The position numbers and the translations under genes were made by a program. Below the pieces are notes generated by a model. The model made no database searches. It was not told the DNA's origin and saw only the letters and a list, made by a program, of their open reading frames with translations. Below are positions 56,574 through 64,000 of a stretch of DNA of 64,000 nt, in pieces. The first letter of the stretch is position 1. Each line of letters starts with the position of its first letter. The stretch is from positions 32,001 to 96,000 of the IMG/VR virus record IMGVR_UViG_3300003962_000013; one strand, given 5' to 3'. Source of the DNA: a virus. Its lineage: Duplodnaviria; Caudoviricetes.

Positions 56574-57575
56574 TTATCTATCTATATTGATTAATATTGT
56601 TGTATCTGTTGTTGGAGAACAAGGTAATGGTTGTGCTAATTTACCTACAGCTAACAAATTTTGATTTTCATCGTATAAACCAATTGTAGTGATATAAGGA
56701 GAAAAATATGATTCGGTTACGAAACCATATGGAATCCCATTTTTTTCTCCCGTACTTGTGCTTCCAGATATAGCTGTTGGATTTAATGTTAAATTAAATT
56801 CGTTTTCTCTTATAGTACATTTATATTGAGTTTCATAAATGGTATATGAACTAGAAAATGAACATGTAACATTAGATGAAGTGATAAAATTTAATAATTC
56901 ATCTGCGAATGTTGCACCCCCACCATATACTGCGTCTCCATATAATGCGGTTCCATAAATAGAACCACTAATACTATATGATTGAGAATTACCTGTTATA
57001 ACAACTAATCCATGGGGGTAAAATATATTTCCTACTATAGTACTATTATACAAAATATTTCCTTCACCATCATCAGTTAAGCTTCCACTTTCTGTGGTTA
57101 GTTGAAATGAAGTAGGTTGAATATAATCACCAAATAATCTAACAGGTATTGATATTACACCTATTGTATTATTAGAACCAGTTGGAAAAAATTTTGGGTA
57201 TGATAATGTAGTTTGAGGGTAATTATAATATGCTTGATTTGAAGCAGATCCTACTAATGTATTTCCTTCACTATTTGCTCCAGGAATAAGAATTGGTCTG
57301 CTGACTGGATCACCATAACTAGAGCTAAGATAATTAGAATAATATAATTCTTTAATTGAATTATAAACTAGTCTTTGATATTGGGTTCCTAATTGTCCTG
57401 TAGTTGGATCTGAGTTAGGGTCAAATAATGACGTAGTTACATTCTTACCTAATAATCTATCAATTCCTACATTAGAGCTAGTTAAAGCGCTTTCCCCATA
57501 AAAGGTAAATCCTTTATTTACCTCAAATGGAGTAACTATTATATCTGATGTGAGAAGTTGCTTGTAAGCGCTCAT
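56574..57575 (-). CDS. Virion structural protein (baseplate / tail)
   Basis: PYITTIGLYD...LAVGKL C-terminal domain shared with the next gene. Confidence 0.6.
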   Translation of the reverse strand: MSAYKQLLTSDIIVTPFEVNKGFTFYGESALTSSNVGIDRLLGKNVTTSLFDPNSDPTTGQLGTQYQRLVYNSIKELYYSNYLSSSYGDPVSRPILIPGANSEGNTLVGSASNQAYYNYPQTTLSYPKFFPTGSNNTIGVISIPVRLFGDYIQPTSFQLTTESGSLTDDGEGNILYNSTIVGNIFYPHGLVVITGNSQSYSISGSIYGTALYGDAVYGGGATFADELLNFITSSNVTCSFSSSYTIYETQYKCTIRENEFNLTLNPTAISGSTSTGEKNGIPYGFVTESYFSPYITTIGLYDENQNLLAVGKLAQPLPCSPTTDTTILINIDR

Positions 57576-57580
57576 CCATT

Positions 57581-58588
57581 TTAGAAATCTAATTTAACTC
57601 TTACTAAAGCTTCTTTTGTAAAATCTTTTAATAATGGTCTTGAAAGTTTAGCTACTGCTAATAATTCATTTGTATCGTTATATAAACCAATAGTTGTTAT
57701 ATATGTTTGTGGAGAGTTAATAAATGAATTATATAATACTTCTCCAGTACTTCCCGAGATGAAACTTGGGTTTTCAGAATAATTAAATTCAGCATTTCTA
57801 GCTCTTACAAATATGTAATCTGAAGATATAGTTTCTTGGCTATTTAAATAAAATGATTTGGCAGAAGCTCCATTTAATGCATCATACAATTTTCTATAAT
57901 TTAAACCATCTGAATTTGATGATTGACTTGGAGTTAAAGCAATTGAAGCACTTAATGCTTTTGGATTTAAAATAATAGTTCCTATATCTGGAAGTAACCA
58001 ACCATATGAACCTGATGGGCTATATCCTGTTGAATATAATCCAGTATATACTGTTCCTTGAGAACCACTAACTAATTGATATACTCTACCAGCATCATTA
58101 AATATTACTGAAGAAGCTACTTGGCTATCATCAGTTAAAGTAAGGGTTCCTGTACTTCCTGATATCCTTAATGCTAATGAACCTGGAAATAAACTTTCTT
58201 TGTAACGAGTTCTATCAACTGAAATAACCCAGAAATCTGATGAGGTGTATTCTCCAAAAACAAAATCTGTATTTTCATCTCCTATTACTAGGTTTTGATA
58301 TTGACCATATGTTGTTTTAGTTGGAGAAGCTCCATTAACTGAACTATTATAAAGAGAACTTCCACTACCATATTTGTTACCATATGCTATTGCAAATTGA
58401 ATAGCTGCTGCTGGTAAAGTAGAAGCTGTTTGGTAAATATTTAAGTAAAAATCTCCAGAAGAACCTGCTTCTTGAGTTGATGAAGTATATATAGTATTTA
58501 ATGCTACTGCTCCTCCTGACCATAGAGTTGAGGTGATTGAGTCAGAGCTTACTACGAAATCTTCGGGTGAAAAACGGTTAAAAGACAT
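57581..58588 (-). CDS. Virion structural protein (baseplate / tail)
   Basis: TYITTIGLYN...LAVAKLS. Confidence 0.6.
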   Translation of the reverse strand: MSFNRFSPEDFVVSSDSITSTLWSGGAVALNTIYTSSTQEAGSSGDFYLNIYQTASTLPAAAIQFAIAYGNKYGSGSSLYNSSVNGASPTKTTYGQYQNLVIGDENTDFVFGEYTSSDFWVISVDRTRYKESLFPGSLALRISGSTGTLTLTDDSQVASSVIFNDAGRVYQLVSGSQGTVYTGLYSTGYSPSGSYGWLLPDIGTIILNPKALSASIALTPSQSSNSDGLNYRKLYDALNGASAKSFYLNSQETISSDYIFVRARNAEFNYSENPSFISGSTGEVLYNSFINSPQTYITTIGLYNDTNELLAVAKLSRPLLKDFTKEALVRVKLDF

Positions 58589-58597
58589 GTTCTATAT

Positions 58598-59251
58598 TTA
58601 AGATATTTTTGTTACTGTTACTGGGATTGTTAAACGAGCACCACTGTCTCTACCTTCTACAGTTAATGTAGCTTGTAATTGAGTATTTGCACCAAATAAA
58701 GTATTTATTGTAGTTGCTCTTATGTTGATTGTAGTTCCAACAACTGTTTTAGAAACATTTGTTCCTAATGTAGTTGTAGTATTTAATGCTTGAGCAGCAG
58801 GTGTATTTACACCTACCCCTTCAAATGTACTAAATAATCTAACATCTGAAATAGTTGCTGTGTATCCACTAGATTCGAAAGTATTTCCTCCAAAATAATT
58901 TAATGTTTGAGGAGTAATAGCTAATGAAGCACCTTGTTTAATTACTATTGCTGAGTAACCTAAATCTAAAATTGGTAATTTAGCTGTACCTCTAGGGAGA
59001 GTAACTAATTTAGATTTCATGATTTGGGTTTCTTGAGGAAAAGCTTCTAACAATGGCATATTTTGAATAGCTTCACCATAATAAGCAGAACCAGATGGGT
59101 GATTTGGATTATATAATGTATAATTTATTTCATCATCTGATAAGGCAAATTGAGTGATTTTGAATGAACCATCATTTTTTGCTAATAATTGTCTTCCTTT
59201 TGTAGTTAGAATTGCATCTACTGTTACGACAGTATTATTTAAATATCCCAT
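58598..59251 (-). CDS. Virion structural protein (baseplate / tail)
   Basis: DAILTTKGRQLLA...ITQFALSDDEINY; late promoter motif upstream. Confidence 0.6.
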   Translation of the reverse strand: MGYLNNTVVTVDAILTTKGRQLLAKNDGSFKITQFALSDDEINYTLYNPNHPSGSAYYGEAIQNMPLLEAFPQETQIMKSKLVTLPRGTAKLPILDLGYSAIVIKQGASLAITPQTLNYFGGNTFESSGYTATISDVRLFSTFEGVGVNTPAAQALNTTTTLGTNVSKTVVGTTINIRATTINTLFGANTQLQATLTVEGRDSGARLTIPVTVTKIS

Positions 59252-59295
59252 TATTTTATTTTATTTATTTATAAATATTATTAAATTATATTTTT

Positions 59296-61614
59296 TTAAA
59301 CTGGAATTAGACCTCTTTCTTTCAAATCCTGTATTATGGTATTGAAATTTCGTTGAACATCCAAAGTAACGTGTTCAGGAAAAATAAAACCTGTTCCTCC
59401 ACCTTGAGATGGAATATCTAATAATATATATCCAGGATCTGGAGTATATCTTCTTATTAAAAATGAATCTAAATCTGTTCCATCAGCTATATCTCTATTT
59501 AGAGTTAAATATAAAGATCCACTTACTTCAGTTCCTTCTACAGAAGTAATGGTATAAGTTTGTGTTTCATCTCCTTCGAATCTAATTTCATCATTTGTTT
59601 GTAATGTAAATGGCAAAACAGATTCATATGTAGAAGATGTAGGAAATGTTTGATATAATGGAGATGCTGGAGTGTATGATCCTGTAAAGGCAGAACCAGT
59701 AAGAATATTTTTTGATAAAGATCCAGTAGTCCAATATGGAGGATTTATTTGTATATTTGATGGAGATGGAGTTTGTGATAAAGTAAATGTTCCCGGACCC
59801 ACAATTATACTTCCATTTGCGTTTTCAGAATTAAGTAGTGTAACTCTATATTTATCTCCATCTACTAATATCTGGGGATCAGAAGATAAAGTTACATTAT
59901 ATAAAGGAGCCCCGTTTGTTGGTACATTAAAATATCCATATTTTATTTCTTGCCATGAAGATCCTCCTGATGGTAGTTTTAGAATTCTTAATAATATAGG
60001 AGTAGTTCCAAATGGAGGTAAAGATGCATTATTTTTAGAATAACCAACATATGATAAGTTTATTGAAATAATACCTTGAGCTTTATTGGTAGTAACATCT
60101 ACTTCTATATTTCTATCAGCATAAGCTCCTATATTAGTTGTTGTGTTTGATGAATTTATTATTTCTGTTACTGATTGACCTTGATTATCTATTATATTAA
60201 AATATTCAGTTGAAGTAGTATAAGTTGAAAATGCTACTGATGTTATATAATTAGGTACATTAGATAATTCATATATATTATCAAATACCATATTTGAGGA
60301 AGAGTTTGCATTACTTCCAGTTTGGGAATACATAACTGGCTTTGGGTAAACTCCTGATCTTACAATAGGTTTAATACCTTGAATATTAGCAGCATTACCT
60401 GTAGAAGTTTCAAATGATATATTTGCATTTTCTCCTGAAAGGAAACTTTGTAATAGATTAGGGTAGTAAGGACTGTTAAGAGATGGTGTTTGTACTTTTC
60501 CATCCTTATCTATTAAATATAACACATGGGCTGCTTTTTTATTGGTTAAAACATAATTAGTACCATCCATGTAATCAAAATATACAAAATATGTTCCTAA
60601 ATTTTGAACAGATGGTTCTTTTCCAAAACTAGTATCTCCTTCAGTCCATATATTTTTATTTTGTTGGATTAATTTAACACCGTTATATCTTGGTAATGTT
60701 TGAGCTTTTAAAGCATAGTTATATGGTTTTACAGGAGCTCTTTCTGCTGTATTAGATAATATTTCTGCTTGATTTGATGGAATTGTAGAACCATTATCAT
60801 ATAATATTTTCATATAATCTACATCATATTCTAATCCATCGGCATTACCATATAATGCATTACAATCACTATAAAAGAAATTTTTAGTTAAATATGGTTC
60901 TAAAACTGTTAAATTAGAAGAAGATTGAGCGGGGACGGATTGTGATATAGACCATCTAATGTTAGAAGCAGAAATTGGTGCTCCAGATATATTAACAAAG
61001 GCAGCAATATATTTACTGTTTTCCATTGAAGTAAACAATGTATTCATTTGGAAGGTTTGATTTGAACCTGTCACCACAAACGAACTACCTGTGATAGCTG
61101 TACCAGTAGAAGGATCATTATCTCCTAAAAGAAAAAATATTGTTTGGCTTCCAGAAGTATTACTTAAAGTAAATGAGGAAGAAAAAGTCAACAATATATT
61201 TGAAGTATTACTATTATTATATAAACCAGAAGATGTATCAAAATTACCCAACGAGTCTGAGAATATATTATATGAAGATGTTACTAGTGCTAGACTTGTT
61301 CCCGGAACTATTAGTGCTGATGATGTATATGCAGAAGCACTAAATTCGGTAAGGATTATGTTATTATCAACTGAAGAAGAAATCTCATTATTAAATGTTC
61401 TATATAAATAATATGTGGGAAATTCTGTTATTGAATAAATTGGGAGATCAACTATACCATGATCACTAAGTTGGATTCTTAGATTAGTTAATTCTTGTAA
61501 CGATAAAGTATTATCATTACCCTGTTCATCAAATCTATTAATTTTAATATATTTGATCCCATTAGTAATAATGGTTGGGGAATATCTATTTATATTTATT
61601 GATGGTGATGACAT
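59296..61614 (-). CDS. Large virion structural protein (baseplate / fibre)
   Basis: 772 aa, Ser/Thr-rich beta-type composition. Confidence 0.55.
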   Translation of the reverse strand: MSSPSININRYSPTIITNGIKYIKINRFDEQGNDNTLSLQELTNLRIQLSDHGIVDLPIYSITEFPTYYLYRTFNNEISSSVDNNIILTEFSASAYTSSALIVPGTSLALVTSSYNIFSDSLGNFDTSSGLYNNSNTSNILLTFSSSFTLSNTSGSQTIFFLLGDNDPSTGTAITGSSFVVTGSNQTFQMNTLFTSMENSKYIAAFVNISGAPISASNIRWSISQSVPAQSSSNLTVLEPYLTKNFFYSDCNALYGNADGLEYDVDYMKILYDNGSTIPSNQAEILSNTAERAPVKPYNYALKAQTLPRYNGVKLIQQNKNIWTEGDTSFGKEPSVQNLGTYFVYFDYMDGTNYVLTNKKAAHVLYLIDKDGKVQTPSLNSPYYPNLLQSFLSGENANISFETSTGNAANIQGIKPIVRSGVYPKPVMYSQTGSNANSSSNMVFDNIYELSNVPNYITSVAFSTYTTSTEYFNIIDNQGQSVTEIINSSNTTTNIGAYADRNIEVDVTTNKAQGIISINLSYVGYSKNNASLPPFGTTPILLRILKLPSGGSSWQEIKYGYFNVPTNGAPLYNVTLSSDPQILVDGDKYRVTLLNSENANGSIIVGPGTFTLSQTPSPSNIQINPPYWTTGSLSKNILTGSAFTGSYTPASPLYQTFPTSSTYESVLPFTLQTNDEIRFEGDETQTYTITSVEGTEVSGSLYLTLNRDIADGTDLDSFLIRRYTPDPGYILLDIPSQGGGTGFIFPEHVTLDVQRNFNTIIQDLKERGLIPV

Positions 61615-61620
61615 ATTATT

Positions 61621-62100
61621 TTAGAGTGAAGATGAATCATATAATAAATATATTTCTCCTGAATTTGGTGAAGTAGAACTGTTTAAAAAATAACTTGATG
61701 GAGTTACACTAGAACTATAAAAATATATTTTATAATTTACCAATGTTGGATTTAAGTTTAATAAATTTATACAATCCTCATCAACTAATCTTTGGTCTTG
61801 TACTTGTAAAGTAGAACCACTAAATTCTCCATTTATAAATTCATCTTGAGTATTATGGGTAGATGTAACTAAACCTACTGGAGTATTTAAAGTAACATCC
61901 CATGATTGGGTAATATTAACAAATAAATTAGATGAAGAAATATTTCCATTTAATTCAGGCATTGAACCCCCATTACTTCCAGTAATGTGTTCTATAGGAA
62001 TAGATTGATTATCATTAGAAGATATATAGGTTTTTTGTCCATATGATTGAGATGGAGTACTACCTATAGATCCTGTTATGAGAATATTTTTTAATGACAT
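61621..62100 (-). CDS. Virion structural protein
   Basis: 159 aa, coupled to the upstream gene via TAATG. Confidence 0.5.
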   Translation of the reverse strand: MSLKNILITGSIGSTPSQSYGQKTYISSNDNQSIPIEHITGSNGGSMPELNGNISSSNLFVNITQSWDVTLNTPVGLVTSTHNTQDEFINGEFSGSTLQVQDQRLVDEDCINLLNLNPTLVNYKIYFYSSSVTPSSYFLNSSTSPNSGEIYLLYDSSSL

Positions 62101-64000
62101 TAGTAAGGTATATTAAATGTTCTTGATGTTGGGCTTCCTACAAAAGTTATTTCACTATTTGTTGTTGCTTGTGGTAATGGATATTTATTTCTTTCTAAAA
62201 AGGTTTGTTTTATCACTATACCCGTAGCTAATCCTGATTTTGCAGGAGTAAAATCTTTAATCATTTTAAATAATGAATTATCATAAAATTTAATTAATCT
62301 TATGTAATCCCACAAATTATAGTTATTAATATATTTAGAAAAATATTCATCTCTCAATTTGTTAAAATCAGGATAATATGTTAATGATGAAGATACTTGT
62401 CTAGGATCTCCAATATATTCACCAATATTAAATGAACCTAATTGAGCTATAATATCATCATTAATTTCATCTTGGGGAGAAAAAGCTACTTCAACGTAAT
62501 TAATATCTCTAGTAAATCTTTCATTTATTAATGGTTGTTGTTGAATAGAAATATATTGAGATAATGTGCTTCCTGAAGGTAAATTTTCGTTTATGATTCT
62601 AATTTTATTAGTTATTTGGTTTTTAACTCCAACATTAAATTGATTTTGATAATTTGTTTCATAGTTAGGTTCAAAAGTAAATAACCCTGATAAATAATAT
62701 AAACTATCTCCTGTAATAAAAGATTGAGTTACAGGATATAAAGATATTGCTGGGTGGATTGAGGTTCTAGTTGTTTGAGTTATATCATTATCTAACACAG
62801 TACCTAAAGGGGCTCTAAACATCAAAGTTTGTGTTGATGATTGAGAACCAGTAATTAGATTTCCTTCAATTGAATATGGATTCATCACATAATCATTGAA
62901 TTTACTTTCACTAAGAGTAGTGGTATATATTCTCAATTCTTGGAATGAACCTGAAAATGGGTAATATGTAGTACCAAACATATTAATACTACTAGAATAA
63001 GATAAATATAAAGATCCACTTGCTGTTAATGGGGTAAAAGTAGCTGAGAATGATGATGAAGCTTGAAATCCTATAGTATTCCCATCATATCCTGAATATA
63101 TGGAATTTTTTGCATATAAATTATTGGTAGAAGCATTTCTTCTACTATATAATATAGACCACCATTCTTGATTATAAAAAGGAAGATATAAACTAGAAGA
63201 GGTTCCATCTACTAGATTTATAAATTTTAAGGTACCATATTCGTTATATTCATTAACTGTTGAACCTGAAAATGAACTACTAGTATTTCCAGATCCAGTA
63301 TATGATAATGTTATAGAAAAAATAGGATCTACATATGATAATATCTGATTATTAGAAGATGAAGGGATACCTTTAGTTTTAAATCTAAATTCATATGAAA
63401 GAGGGTTTCCTAAAATCGAACTGGTTAAAGATGTTTTTAAATGTCCTGTTCCTTCAGAATGAAATTCATAATTAAATTGATCCTGGAAGTTATCATAATT
63501 TACTAAATTTGATGATTGGCCTCCAAATTCATTTATTCTAACAATTGTATCAGGGATACCATAAATATTTATAAGAGTTCTTAATCCTTCAGGAGTACCT
63601 TTCTTTTTAAGTAAATAAGGTAAATTATGATAAATTCTTTTATATATTTCTTTATTAATATCATCTAATGGTTGTAAATTATTTAGATTTGAAGATGTTA
63701 TATATGAATTTATATATTCATACCCATATGGAGAAGGTAATGATCCTGTAGAATAAGGTATATTAAGATTACTTCCTGATGGAGTAACCCCTAATAATAC
63801 TGAGTAAATATCTGCTGAGGAGAAATTATTCTGATAGATTTTAACTCCCAAATCTCTAATAGCTTGTGCGACTAAATCTTTAGATATACCATAATTTAAT
63901 CTATTATCTGCATCAAATTTATTAGTAATATCTTTTAAATATACCCAAACATTGTCAAAATTTTGTCCAATCATTTGAACAAAAAGAAAATATTCATTGT
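62100..64000 (-). CDS. Baseplate wedge-like protein, 5' end beyond the window
   Basis: Frame stays open past 63974 to the edge (NEYFLFVQM...); NLPYLLKKKGT..GLR.LI..YGIP motif. Confidence 0.6.
   Translation of the reverse strand, partial: NEYFLFVQMIGQNFDNVWVYLKDITNKFDADNRLNYGISKDLVAQAIRDLGVKIYQNNFSSADIYSVLLGVTPSGSNLNIPYSTGSLPSPYGYEYINSYITSSNLNNLQPLDDINKEIYKRIYHNLPYLLKKKGTPEGLRTLINIYGIPDTIVRINEFGGQSSNLVNYDNFQDQFNYEFHSEGTGHLKTSLTSSILGNPLSYEFRFKTKGIPSSSNNQILSYVDPIFSITLSYTGSGNTSSSFSGSTVNEYNEYGTLKFINLVDGTSSSLYLPFYNQEWWSILYSRRNASTNNLYAKNSIYSGYDGNTIGFQASSSFSATFTPLTASGSLYLSYSSSINMFGTTYYPFSGSFQELRIYTTTLSESKFNDYVMNPYSIEGNLITGSQSSTQTLMFRAPLGTVLDNDITQTTRTSIHPAISLYPVTQSFITGDSLYYLSGLFTFEPNYETNYQNQFNVGVKNQITNKIRIINENLPSGSTLSQYISIQQQPLINERFTRDINYVEVAFSPQDEINDDIIAQLGSFNIGEYIGDPRQVSSSLTYYPDFNKLRDEYFSKYINNYNLWDYIRLIKFYDNSLFKMIKDFTPAKSGLATGIVIKQTFLERNKYPLPQATTNSEITFVGSPTSRTFNIPY

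Noticed and set aside
3117-61411. All plus-strand ORFs in the track (e.g. 3117, 6587, 19378, 29445, 59672, 61091)
   Set aside because: They lie antisense to long, motif-bearing minus-strand genes and have shadow-ORF composition
1-64000. Stop-codon reassignment
   Set aside because: Core genes are full length in the standard code, and TAA, TAG and TGA all appear as stops
1-64000. CRISPR array, tRNA genes, integrase or IS elements
   Set aside because: No regularly spaced repeats, cloverleaf sequences or recombinase/transposase motifs were seen by eye; a tRNAscan/CRISPR scan was not run
59296-64000. Large baseplate gene split by mutation into three ORFs
   Set aside because: The junctions show normal coupling (TAATG overlap, 6-nt gap) with ATG starts, so there is no evidence of pseudogenisation

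Overview
The window is 64 kb of a very AT-rich, large contractile-tailed (T4-like) phage genome. Essentially all real genes are on the minus strand. The host is probably a Bacteroidota bacterium (inference: few Shine-Dalgarno motifs, A-rich translation starts, a Bacteroidota-type Hc1 histone-like gene). In transcription order (right to left) it holds: baseplate/tail proteins; primase and a PD-(D/E)xK exonuclease; a long block of putative internal head proteins mixed with lysis genes, denV and an FAD oxidoreductase; terminase, portal, prohead protease, scaffold and major capsid protein; an amidinotransferase / pyruvoyl decarboxylase / PhoH cluster; fibre genes; neck, sheath, tube, tail chaperones, tape measure and baseplate hub; and a compact family A DNA polymerase cut by the window edge. 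Eight free-standing homing endonuclease genes are scattered through it. The most striking observation is a ~80-nt structured intergenic element (1292-1370). Its transcribed strand has two segments complementary to adjacent, highly conserved parts of bacterial 23S rRNA (helix 69 to about position 1936), which makes it a candidate ribosome-targeting phage RNA. Other leads: an arginine dihydrolase-like enzyme paired with a PSD-fold decarboxylase (possible polyamine route), a +1/-2 tail-chaperone frameshift, a late promoter motif that is the reverse complement of the T4 one, a shared putative head-targeting peptide, and a thumb-less PolA. All product calls come from motif recognition; no database searches were run.
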